DNA of 64,000 bases from Tubiluchus corallicola (Eukaryota > Animalia > Priapulida), in NCBI GenBank assembly GCA_030141605.1, contig JAQGDQ010000021.1:806001-870000 (forward strand), given 5' to 3'. The notes under the pieces are model-generated. The model worked only from the letters and a program-made list of their open reading frames with translations, was not told the DNA's origin and did no database searches. Positions within the stretch are counted from its first letter, which is position 1. Each line of letters begins with the position of its first letter. Positions 1 to 12,700 of the stretch are shown here, one piece after another. The position numbers and the translations under genes are program-made.

Positions 1-29
1 TACATGAATTAATTAATAAAATGCATTAA

Positions 30-176
30 ATCTCGGCAGTTGAACATTTGCGGTACTGTATCTATACTCGCCAAGCTTCGGCTGTGGGTGGTGAGTGACG
101 TCGTGACAGGATGACGGTGATTGTCCGAAAAGTATTATGGGATGTCTGTGCCTGTGTTTACTCTTGCTGCCGAGTG
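30..176. mobile_element. Possible TTAA-flanked (piggyBac-like) MITE in CCT2 intron 2
   Basis: ctcggcag (32-39) / ctgccgag (167-174) inverted pair, with TTAA at 26-29 and 177-180. Confidence 0.3.
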
Positions 177-612
177 TTAAACTGTTCAAAGTACAGAAGT
201 TTATTTTTGTGTTGTGTAACTTTTTTGCATGTTATATGTGTGCAAAATACCCAGAATTTGTGTAGCAGGGGAATGTAGTGAAGCAACAAACGATGGTGAC
301 AGTCTTTTCAAGTTTCCTGCCATGATGTCATTAGTGAATGGCCGCCCTAGCGCTAAATACTTGTATATCAAAATTGGCGTAAGTAAAATCGAGCGATTTT
401 TTACCAAACTATTTAATTATTTTACTAAAGAGATTAGAAAATCATTTCAACACATGTTCCTTAAATTTTTGCTAAAAGTTGTTGGTGAGGCTGGGTTTTT
501 ACTTTAAAGATTTCAATTTTTTAGGAAATTTTTGTGCAAGAACCAATAACAAAAGTAGACAATTCATTACAGCCAACATCAATGTCGTAGGATACATTAA
601 ATAAAGACTTAC

Positions 613-681
613 AAGACGCGCTGTTTCTCCCCTTTCTTCATCAGCAGCAGCTTTGAAAATACTCACAGGTGCCAAAGACAT
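613..681 (-). CDS. CCT2: CCT2 (TCP-1 beta chaperonin) exon 2; gene continues beyond the window start
   Basis: TTTTACAG|MSLAPVSIFKAAADEERGETARL|GTAAGT versus recalled human [22 protein letters not shown]. Confidence 0.93.
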
Positions 682-2570
682 CTGTAAAAGTAACCATTAA
701 TGTAACAGCATACAATAAATACATGAAGAAAAATACACTAGGCACATTCACATTACTACAGCAGCAATAACTCAATCAGTAACATGCCCATTTTCCATAA
801 GGAAAGTTTTGCTGGTTTAATTTCAAAGCCAATTCATACCAGAGATTCCCACAGGTATGCAGTTTTTAACAAAGTAAGTGTACAAATAATACCTGAATCA
901 TTGAATAGGTGTCTTTAATGGACGTTACAAGTTTTATAGTTTAGGCTACAAGGATTAATCCAGAAGCGCATTACTAAATGTAATATAATTTAATTTTAAA
1001 CTCATATGGCGCATAGCAGTTTTTCCGCCATATCCTTGAATGTGTGATACACTGCATTTAACTAATGTCCAGTTTAGACTTTAGTATATCATTGCCTCCA
1101 ATAATCAATTTTGCAAAAAAATGAGCAAAATTGTGTGATAACCAGCTAAGGTCCAACAATGCGACTATTTTTAATATAGCAGTTATTGGGTGCATGTTGC
1201 GCAGCTCACTTGATTCAAACTTTACTTTTAACTGCGAGTAGCTAGGCAGCAGTTTTGTTCAGCTATGCAAGCTAAATGCTCAACAAGATCTGTCACACAT
1301 TATAATCAGCAGTTTTTTAAATTTAAGTGTCATAATAACTGTTGTGATAATTTCAGTAACAAGAATGATGTAAGACAGTAAAATTAAAGACAGTATTGTG
1401 AATAGTAGTTTTCATCTCACATCTGAGGAGGCAAAATTTTTGCATGTTCAGCGATAGAAGATACCATAAAAGCTGTTGAATGCAACAATAATCTTTTAGA
1501 AAAGTGTAACTTAAATGAAATTATAAATTGGCTTTGTATTAGTTAACTTTCATGAGTGTATGTGTACAATATCGCATGATATATGCAATAATTTATAAGC
1601 ATATAATTTATAAATATATAATATTTATATATTTATTTATTTCTTTATTTGATCATATGTACTATTTTGGTATATATTATTCAGTTTGTTTATGTCAGTG
1701 TATGTACTATGTGTACTAATCCCGTAAATTTCTTCTATATAATATTGTATTTTTTTAATAACTTACTGTAGTGAACTATATTTTCAAAATAAATGGTATG
1801 TAAATAATAAGGGATGCAGGGTCCCTAATTTTTGGGATTTTATTTTGGAAAAATATACCACAGGTTATCTGCTGACGTAAAAGCCGACTAAAAATAGACT
1901 GAGAGTATTAAAAGTGCCAGCTGAATAGGCAGTCAGATAAAAAACCGGTTCTGACAAAATAGCCTATTTCCCGACAGCTATAATATTTTTATTAAAAGCA
2001 GTATACTGGCTACATTAACTTTCAGCAAACTAAGTTTAGCAATTTCCGTTAAATTTTCGCTTTATTATAAAAGCAAATGCAAAAGTTGAACTACATAAAC
2101 TGTAAACAACTTTTTAGGCTGTGGTGGTTAAGAAACCAGGAAAATTCAATGTAACAATACATCGTAAATGATTTATTATTTGTCAGAAGTACAATGCTTA
2201 CTAAATAATCAATACAGGGGCGATAGAAATATGAAAATCAAGAAATAAAAAACCTAATGTACTAAATACTAAGCACAAAATGTTCTAAAAAATTGAGTTC
2301 ACTGAAGGGCTACAGTTTGAATAAAAAAGAAGCGCGAAATGCTTAAATAATTAACACATCCATTGTTTTATCATTATCATCAACAGTATGCCAAATTACG
2401 TCTCTGTAGGCATTGGACAAGCAGAACTATAAAATAAAATAAATCTGTCTCAAGATAGGTAAACACAGCACTAATCCAGCAAAGAACTAGACGCTGCTAC
2501 AACAGTGGCTTGTCAGCACCACTTGCGAGCTAATACAAATTTTTTTATGAAAAATTCTAAGCGTGCTTAC

Positions 2571-2576
2571 CGCCAT
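2571..2576 (-). CDS. CCT2: CCT2 exon 1, coding part (ATG GCG)
   Basis: CCAAC ATG GCG|GTAAGC: good Kozak context and donor; phase 0 matches the acceptor at 681. Confidence 0.75.
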
Positions 2577-2580
2577 GTTG

Positions 2581-2660
2581 GAAAACACGTGTTGATTGTT
2601 CTGCCCTCTATCGAGAGCTCAAAAGCCTTTCTGCTAGGAGTAGAAGGTGTACCGACATAG
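2581..2660 (-). promoter_or_regulatory. CCT2 5'UTR/proximal promoter with an E-box and a CTCF-like core
   Basis: Palindromic AACACGTGTT (CACGTG at 2586-2591) and TAGAGGGCAG (minus strand, ~2601-2610), immediately upstream of the ATG. Confidence 0.4.
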
Positions 2661-2808
2661 ATATAATTGACGATAAAATTTACATATGCACATGATATTG
2701 CATCATTATAATAGAGTGTCAGTTTATTGTTTATACTGCATTGTTAACTGTATCACGCCAAAGGTTTAAAAATGTGCAAAACCAAAACAAAAATAAGTGT
2801 GATGAGAT

Positions 2809-3276
2809 ATATGAAGTTATAAATTATAGGCAAAAATTTGTTTTGGCATTAACATAATTTTTGATTTTGCGGCTTTGACCTTTGACATTTTGAAACATGA
2901 CCAATATACCTGTGCAAACTTTGGTGTTTGTAATATATTCACACTTTACAGTTTTATAGATATATATTTTTTAATATTGTGATCAGATTAAAATCAGTGG
3001 CTTTTTGAACTCTTAGCAGCTGTCCAGCAGCTAAAGGGGCACAGAACCCATGCCTGGATATGAAGTCAAAAATTATAGGCAAAAAGTAGTTTTGACATTA
3101 ACATTATTTTTGGATTTTGTGGCTTTAACCTTTGACATTTTGAAACAAGACAATATACCTGTGCAAAGTTTGATGTTTGTAATATATTCACACTTTACAG
3201 TTTTGTAGATATATATTTTTTAATCTTGTGACCAGATTAAAATCAGTGGCTTTTTGCGCTCTTAGCAGCTGTCCAG
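2809..3276. repeat. Two tandem copies with ~249-bp period; probably the core of a Helentron/HINE-like non-autonomous element (~2745-3465)
   Basis: 2809-3027 aligns with 3058-3276. Contains the TGACCTTTGAC motif and a downstream gtacggaca segment, both reminiscent of invertebrate HINE/pearl elements. Confidence 0.7.
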
Positions 3277-3681
3277 TCCTATGTTAAGTTTGGTGATTGT
3301 ACGATTCACGAACCCATCTAATTTGGATGGATGCAGCAGGATATATCACACCGAAGACTACCACATTATCAAGCTTTCAGAATACTGTGAGATGTGTCCA
3401 AGTCATGTACGGACAACACGATTAAATGTCGATTATGCTTCACTAAGACATCCATTATATAAAATGTGATAGGATGCTCATTTTCTAATCAGTATGAAAA
3501 TGATTTTGTACTACTGTTGACACTTTTCAAAGCAATATTAGGCCTATTCTTTTTCAACCTAACTATGGCAACCGCCACGTGCATCAATAAAATACAATTA
3601 AACTTTGTAAATTGCTTGTGATAATACTGTATTGAAGCTTATCAACAAAGAAAAACAACAAAATACATGTTAGGGAAAGTT

Positions 3682-3687
3682 TTTATT
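3682..3687 (-). promoter_or_regulatory. Candidate DGK polyadenylation signal (implies a ~3-kb 3'UTR)
   Basis: AATAAA on the minus strand followed ~20 nt later by a GU/U-rich tract (TTTTGTTGTTTTTCTTTG). Other AATAAA hexamers exist, e.g. ~3905. Confidence 0.45.
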
Positions 3688-6653
3688 AAGGTATTCAAAC
3701 AGTGCGTTATGTTCAACATTGTAGGAAATGTGTAAAGAAAAATCAACAACTGCAGCAATATTAATTTATGCAAGGTGAATTCAACACATCTCATAATTTA
3801 CAAACAAAGGTAACAAAATTTACAATCATTTTTTTTAAATTACAGCAATTATAAGCAACACAATTAAAACACTTTACATTAAATGAAGAGTTGAAGACAA
3901 TTTTTTTATTAAATTTAGTACGCTAAATAAAGCTATTTAAAGCTGCTGCATAAAAGCTGAGAACAAAAGGCAAAACTGAAAGGTATTTTACCATGCTTAA
4001 TAGCTGACTAACAACTATTGAATTGCTTATAATATTCTGGCGAAAAATGACGAGTCAAACTAGTAATTTGCAACAGCTCTCTAGGCAGAGTGAAAAAACT
4101 TCTGATAGACAATAATGTTAAATTTTTTTAAGATAAAATTACAACACAGTGTAAATTTATGGCCGAGTGAAAAATGAATTCTACGGTATATGTATTGACA
4201 CATTTAGGCCTACAAATTTTATTAGTCCACATAGTGGATTACAAATGTACACCTTGATTAAAGGTACTTAAAATGGTAATTAATGAAAAAACCAGAAAGT
4301 CAGCATCTAGTCTCTGCTCCGCAGGCTGCTAATGACGTTCTATGATAATTACAAGCATTAATGGTAACAAATCTAATTAATTATTTTATTGTAATTATGA
4401 AAAAAAACTGTAATTATATTATTATAATTATCAAAGCCCTGGCTTTTGATAAAGTATTTGCTTTTTTGCATTTGGCAATGAGTGGTGGTGATCAAAGTAA
4501 AAATTCTTGCAAGCAGCCAAGCACCGTTGCAATAAGATCCTACAGGATTTTCAACTCTTAACAAAAAATACAGAATTAAATTATAATTGTTAATTGTGCA
4601 TTATAAAAAAATTGTGAATTAAAATGATAATTGTTGGAAGGGTATGAAGAGTCAACCAATGGAAAAAAATTCAATGCAAAATTAAATTAAATTCTAAATT
4701 TCAGTACTACACATAAAAAGTACAATTAATACTAACTAATACATCTAGTGATGAAAACGTATTATGAACAATATAAAGCTTCCATGAACTTTGAACAGAT
4801 GTTACATTATTGTAATGGAAAACAGAAAAGGTAATCTCAGTCATTAAAAACCACGGTATTGATATACACTCAATGCTGGTGCTTGTGTATCTACATATGG
4901 CGCATAAGCAGCTGTGCTATACGTACACATACGCAAAGCAATCATCACTAATGTGTAATAATAAATAAAAATGTGACCATAATGTTAGCAAACACTGATT
5001 ACAATACTAAACAAACACTGGTGGAAAACAACATAGAGAAGCATTTACAATAATTCTACTAGTATTGTTCAATGATATTTGTTAAAAGCCTTTGAAGTCA
5101 GTGGACTAGTTCATGGTCGTTAACTGAAAGTTTTGAACCCTTTCTTTTCAGAGTTTGAATTTAAGACAAAATATCTGAAAAAAACCTTTACAGAAAAAGA
5201 GGTGTAGCATTACAACATTGTTTTTTGAGAGTACGCGTCAAGTAATTTTAAAAATATTTCATTCACGTAATTATAATGGAATGGCTAATCAAAATTGGAG
5301 AGACCTAAATACACATTAATAGTCACACGTTCTCTTTGCATGGTGTTTGTTTCTAAATTACATTGCGCATATTTTGATACTCGCTACCAGGTGCGTTAAA
5401 AATGCCAGGATCAACTTGGCAAGGTTAATACAATTATTCAAATGTATCAAATTCGGCCAAGCCCCAACAACACTATAACAAATATAATGTACAATAATTA
5501 TAATAATAATAGTAATATTAATAATAATAATAAGGATCACAGGTGGATGCACATGTATTTATCAACCAACAAAACAACTTCAAATATCACATTTTGCTTA
5601 GTCCCAAAGGATACAAGGAAAGTAGCACATTGTAACAAGACCATCACCGCTATTTGCTTTATTGTTTCCAATGCTCTACAAGGCTATTTAGAAGCAGCAT
5701 CGAAATTAATTGCTGCAGGCACAGCACCTTTACATATCTACCTAGTTTCCTCAAAAAGTGCTAATTCGCTAACATACTATTTAATGTTGTAATACAAATT
5801 ACCATGTTTTACCAAGTTACCATAGTTGTAAAAAATACCCGTGCTCAAGACTGATTCTTTGTTCACGTTAAGACGATTCCTTGCAGACAAACTGCTGCTT
5901 ACCATTATGACATTGCAAGACTCTTTCTGGTGACCCGGGGTGCTTACAAATTCAGGAACATTTACCATTCTGCAAAGAATTGCAGTGATGGCCTTGCCGT
6001 ACACGATGCAGGTTGCTCTTCAAGTGTGTATGCAGGACAACGACTGTGAAATTGCTTAGAAAACAGCAAAATTGAATAAAGTTACAATTGTGTACAATAA
6101 GTTATATACAGGGTACATAACAGTAAGAACGATCGTGCAGATATGATTAGTTTAAAAAGTACTTCCTTGTACGAAAATTGTAGTAAAAACGATATCACAC
6201 AAACATCTGACGCCATTTTGCACATCACAAAGGTAGCTCATAGAAAACTGTTTAATGAATAGATGTATACTGGAAGCATACTACAGTAATCAAATAATAT
6301 AATCTACGCACACGAATAGCCTTTTTTAACCATAACAATTGGCAAAAAAGGGCAAAATTGAATCAAGTCACTGTGCGCCCTGCATCTCTGCATGGCAACA
6401 TGTAATATGATTCAGATTGGTTATTTAACCATTTAACATCTAAGTTTACAGTGAATGACCTTAACAGTGAACGAATGATAGAAAAATGCATAATCAAATT
6501 TCTAGTAAGAATATTTTTAACAGGCCAACAAAATAGTTTAAACTAAAAAGAACAAAATCAGTAGAAGTAACGGTGATGATGAATAACAGTATCTACATCC
6601 CTTCAGACTACAAAACAAGTCACAGTCAAACTGTAGTGTGTGCAATATTAATG

Positions 6654-6706
6654 TCATACTGCAGTCTCCTGATCAGCTGGTGTCACGGGTTGAACCTGCT
6701 CCTGAC
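6654..6706 (-). CDS. DGKZ: DGK exon 20, last coding exon with ETAV PDZ-binding motif
   Basis: CTTTTAG|[17 protein letters not shown]; terminal DQETAV matches recalled human DGKZ. Confidence 0.95.
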
Positions 6707-9700
6707 CTAAAAGAAAATATGATTGTAAAAAAAGTGGTACATTCATGCAAAGCTTTAATTTGGGAAATTGCACAGATTAGAAACTAGCTAAAGTCAGTGA
6801 GCATGACAAGCTCTAAAATCTGAGTTAAATGTGCCCAGATAATTCCTCACTGTCTGCTATATCCATTAGTTCTGCCACTTATAGGTTCGACGCACAACTC
6901 GAATGTGACACAATCTAAGTAGCTGGTGTAGATAATGCACTAAGCTGAGCTGCTGAACTGGCAGGGGCGACCCACCCACTCATGTTCGGATGCACATACA
7001 TCTCCCTTCCATGAGGTACATAGCCAGAATCAGTGTGGCGAATAAAAACACCCAAAGTGAGTAAATATATAACGCAAGCACTCATAAGCCCTACAGTGAA
7101 GCAAATGTGCATGACCACTCTGCTGTTTTCTCCCTCACCACTTATCCCAAACACATAACACTTAAATCGGAATGTTATAAATGTGATAATAAAGTAGTTC
7201 ATACTTTGCAAATAAGCTGCCAATTCATGGTCATCTGCCCTCAATGCTTGTTGACGAGGAGTATTGCCTTCCCTGTCTTCTAAGGTAAGGGAAGCTCCGG
7301 CAGTCACAAGCATGTGACAAATTCTTCTCCTTTGATACCAGGCTGCTTTGTGAAGAGCTGTCTGACCTCTAAAATTATAAGAATTATTTATAAGCTTCAT
7401 TAACAACACTTGTGATGATTGTTTTGCATATAATTTTGTCTAGAGAATCAGAAAGAGAAACCAATTCCAAATGGCGGCAATGTAGCCAAATTGACTGCTT
7501 ACTTTCATTAATCTGATCATCCAAAAAGATTGCAAAAACCTGAAATAAGGGAAACCAAGATGGCTGCCAACTTATACTGCAAACGACAAAAAATTGACAT
7601 GGTAAATCTATTACTATAATTATTATTTCAAGGTGGCTGTAGAAACTGCAACTCCAGATACAACAAAAGCAGTGTTGGGTCACTTACTTTTAAGATGCAA
7701 TACCACTGCAAATACAATTACTCTTCTGAAAAGTAGTGGCGCTACTACTACAATTACTTTTCAAAAAAGTAGTTGCAACTACAATTACTGAACGAAAGTA
7801 CTGCTACTACAATAGCTACTACTTTCATTTTGTGACAACTTCTCAGCATTGTTGATATAGTTACTAATTATATAACAGTACACTGTAAATTGTAGGTGGG
7901 ATGCTAAAACAGCCAGTTAATAATTAAATTGCTAAGTGGCAACTAAAGAAATCAAAGTACCAAATTGTATCAAGGTTCCAACTAAGCAGTTCATTTATGA
8001 CTTTACAGACACTTGCAGGTCATTCATACATTGTCAACATAACAGTAAGTTATTCATTACAATACAATTTATGTCACACTTAACTATTTATGATATGCGA
8101 CAAACTACTGTTTAAACTTAAAACATTTCGTTTGCTTTAAAAATTAAAGCAGTGCAATTACAATTTACCACTAATTGTTTTCAAAGTACTGACACTACTC
8201 CGGTGCTACTAATTTTAGTAATGGTGCTACTACATAACATTAAACAAAAGCATTTCGCTGTATAAACCAGACGTCTCTAAAGTGGTCGATGGGACTATCC
8301 AAGGGATTGATAAAATACCAGGAACGTTTGTAATTTTGGGGTATATAACTTGAAATACATTAAAAATAACTTACTGATACAAGTTTCTAATTACATATAA
8401 TTAGTTTTTATTGTCTATTTATTTTAATTTTATATTCTGTTTAGTGAAACATAATGATAATAATATAGTTGCAATAATTTATCATTATTTGAAATCACAA
8501 GACAATGGACCATTATAATAATACTTGTTTTTACACATGGATGCAGAACTTGGTATGCAGTTTCCTTTACTGATGTATATAGAATGCAATGTTTAGTATG
8601 CAGTTCCCCTCACTAATGTATATGGGAACTGCACGTCTACTTAATTATTATTAATATTTATTTTTTTGTACATCATGGTGGTCAATGAAAAATCGTGGAT
8701 TCCCCAAAGGGGTCAATGGTCTAAAAAGTTCGGGGATCCTTGGTATAACCAAACTGGTACAGAAAGTGTGCTTACTTTTCTGTGTCCACCATATTCAGCA
8801 GCTGACTTGGACTGGAAGCTATCAACCACTGGACTATGTCTTTGTGACCAAACCTGGCAGCATGATGCAATGCAGTCATTCCATATTGATCAGTAACAAC
8901 GAGATCAGCACCTTGTTTTATTAACTCTTGCATTCGATGTAAATCGCCTCGTTTAGATGAATCCAGAAACACTGGAATGCAAAATATAAAAGAATCGATT
9001 TTTAGGAAGTTTTTAATCTTTTCCAGGAAAGAAGGGTGCTATTTGTTTAGTTTATAGAGTAACTATGAGTTGGAAAAGCATGCAGAGGATGCCATAAAAT
9101 GTGTTTATAAAAATTGGGCTTTCTCCGGCCCACACTACTAACAATTAAAAAAGACGCTCAGAGCATAGATAAACGTACACGGTTAGAAACAATTTGGATG
9201 CCAATTAAAAGCATCCATTTTACGAAATGCAGCTAGGCCTAAAAAAACCTATAGGTCTTGCCAATATATTGACAAACTGTAACTGCAAAATATGAAAGAA
9301 ATAAGATATTAGGACTTCAAAAGTGCATCATATAAAGAAATAAAATTTAGCTGCCAGGAAAATAAGGTAAAGGAAAATATTGAAATAATGGAATTTCTAT
9401 GTTGTTGGCACTAGAATGGAGATCTTAAATTTCATTGATGATCTCTAGCATTCAACATAACTAAGACAATTTTACTTACTTTTGTTAATGGGTCGTAGAG
9501 GTCGAAAAGGACGGCCAACAGAATCAGACCCACTGCCAGACTCGTCCACAGTGTCTCTTTCGTTACTTTCCTGTCTGACTAATCGCTTCAATTTCCCTGC
9601 TGAGGTTGGAGACCGTGGCGGCGAAATCGTCGGTAGAGCAGCTTTTGTTACCTGCAAAACCTCTTCATCTTTGTGCCGGAGCAGAGCTTCGCGTGGTTGA

Positions 9701-12700
9701 GGAGAGAGGGCGCTATCGATGGGAATGAGAATGGTACGCTCGTGTTGATACGTGTCCTGAGGATCGAGAATGTACAACTCCTCGCTGGAGATGTCAGTGA
9801 TGTAGTGTAAACTTTCTTGAGCACGGTCGATATGAAAGAATTTGTCTCCTGTTATGCCTACAAGTGTAATAATTCACATACATATGTATTTATAAATACC
9901 CTAGAAATAATTAACTACTTATTTATAAATGCCTACTATTTTTATAAATAATTCATACCACTCTGCAACACAATTTGTTAGTCAGTTTGGAACCACTTAA
10001 GAGAAGCAGGTATGCAAAATATATAAACAGCTTCTAAATGTAATCACAAAAATACAGAAGAACTAAAGCTAAATTTCACAAAATTTTTGCTGGAAGTTAA
10101 GTCATCAACTGCCATGTTAATCAGGAAGTTTCCACTTGAGGTTCTGGACACTAATAGCATGATATTACAAACCAACTTGATAATGTGACCAAATGAAAAC
10201 TGTATAAGTATCGACTGCTTGTGAGGTCCACGATGAGAGTGCACTGTGTAGTTTGTAAGCTTCACTGGAGACTGCAAGTGTCTTCTGAGTACTTTTCCAA
10301 AAACTTAAAATTAACAACATATTTACTATATCTGCTATTACAAATCAGTTTTCCATTAATCAATAAATTAACAATTTGCAATCAAATGTCTTCCACAGCC
10401 ATAACACCAGATAAGGCTTCACTAATATTTCTATTCAAGATATTCAGAAACCATAGCTTTTATTTTGTAGTAAGAAATAAATATTTATTACCTGAGAGGC
10501 ACAAGTTATACGTAAGGGTCTCAATTAAACATTTAGTAGCATTTTATGCTGTTTAATCTTTTTTGTCTATGGCCAGATTTATTGCCACAGATATACTACA
10601 GTCGTCAAACTACAAACCTGGCCATAGACAAAAAAATCAAATAACATGAACTGTTTTGGTTGCCTTGAATTGAAATACTGGTGATGCAATACCTGGTGTT
10701 ATGGCCATGGAAAACATTTTACTGCAAATTTTTATTTACTGATTAGTAGAAAAGGTATTTGTAATAGCAGACATAGTAAATATAGACACAGACATAGAGA
10801 CACCTGTATGTAACACTTGCTAGCACAAAACCTCAGGACATGAAGACAGGCTTACAATGCATATAACACTGACACAATCTAAAACAATTCAAAATTTCTC
10901 AAGTTTAACATTTCTTTCATATGTCACTTACAGTCTAGGAAGCACCATTTGGAACTGAGGCGTTGGAATGCTGGACTAACAGAAAGATCATCTTGCAGGC
11001 TGTCAATGTGAGAGCGGACTTGTTCCAGGTCCGCATCATTCTCCACCACAATCAATCCAAGTGGAACAGCTAAAACAGAAAAAATGATTGGTAAGAAACA
11101 AAAGACGTTCATTAATCCAAGTATAAGCAATCTCTTATAATTAGATTTAGGGCACAACTGCCTACCTATAACATTAGAATTTTAAAAGGTCACAGTGACC
11201 TAAAATAATTATCTAAAGTGCAGTTTTCCTCGAGAATTTATGCCAATTATTTCAATGTCAGACAGGAGAAAACCGAAAACAATTTATATGAAAACATTGC
11301 AGATATGTGAGAGGCACTAAATAAAAAACAAAAGATTAAATGGCTATACTGCAGAAAGTACTTGCAAACAAAACCAAAAATGTAATTTTGTGTTACTATC
11401 AAACTGCTAGTGTGTATTAAAAACACTCCAATATTAAATTTAGAAGGAATGCAACAAAACAAGAAATAAATTAAACTCAAGCAAAATCAATAAAATCAAA
11501 TTTTAAAGCTTTTATGAATTATGTTATATGTAGAACTAAGTCAAAAACATGCAAAAAAGAACAATCTATGCACTTACGTTACGTTAGCACTTTGTTATAC
11601 TTAGTATAATTGTGATTAAAAGATTGACAGTTAAAGGTTTAGCAAAGATATAACACTTTTCTACTAATTCATTCACAAATATACAAAGGCACTCTGCACA
11701 TACATTTCAAGCGAGGCTTCCGAGCAAAATAATGTTTGAAATTTCCTGGAAAATGGTAATCTTCATTTAACGGTGGAAACAAGACTGCAGGCAGCTTATG
11801 TAAGAGGATTCAGCAATGAGCAGTAATCTCATATTCAGTAACAAGCAATCTGATATTTTCTTATTACACAGTAATATAATCCATGCTGCACCATTATTCC
11901 CTCACTGAGTTTTAACACCAGCAGAAGTGTTTTAATTTGTAAAAGTTCTCATAAAGGCAAAATTTGCCAATTTAAATTGTTACACAGCTCCAGAGTCATA
12001 AATTCAAGCTATACAGGAAGGGTTCTATGTGCAGAACAGTAGCTGAACCGCAAATTTGATTTCATTAATTCGTTTGTTTAGCATTGTTTAATATCGATGG
12101 GCATAATGATTTCAATTTGGTTTGTTTAAATGCTGTCACATTAAAGAGCATTAAACTCGCTACATTTTACAGGAATTTCCTATCTTAAGAAATTGTATTT
12201 CAAGGTTGCTGTTTAATATGATAAATATCAGAATGTACGATAATTTGAGGCTGCACCCCATGAAAAAAGAGATTATACAACAATTGATAATATGATACAC
12301 TATAATTTAGATTTGATACAAAAACAAAAGTTTAAAAAACTGTGCACTAAAAGCATTTAAATCATTACTGCTTACAATTGGAAAGTAAATAAACTTTGAT
12401 TTCATTGTAGTCTGAAGCATGCTGGTCGTGGTTAGTGGACACGGCTTCTTGAAAAAAGCAGTCATTTAGAAAATAATGCTCATGATGATGGTGGCAAAAG
12501 CATGATTTCGCAAATGCACAAATCAGCGACTCTTTACTGTGTTTCAATAAATTGAATTTTACACTTGTTAATGCCACTTTTTGGTGTTATAGTTACTTAT
12601 TAAGTGCATTTTAATAATAATTTGCTGCAATTAATTATGCAATAATTTTGGATTTTGGCCGAAAATACGATAATTTGGTGGAAAATACAATAATTTTTAG

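Noticed and set aside
100-160. Possible SECIS or snoRNA in the CCT2 intron
   Set aside because: No correctly spaced 3' GA for a SECIS, wrong genomic context, and no C/D or H/ACA boxes on the transcribed strand.
6915-7204. Long hydrophobic ORF extension after the ankyrin exon
   Set aside because: Homology stops at the A|GTATGA donor, and the conserved ETAV exon lies downstream; this is intron read-through.
11572-11604. GTAAGT donor in intron 15, suggesting another microexon
   Set aside because: Nearby acceptors are weak; the 12-nt option contains an in-frame TAA and the 22-nt option shifts the frame.
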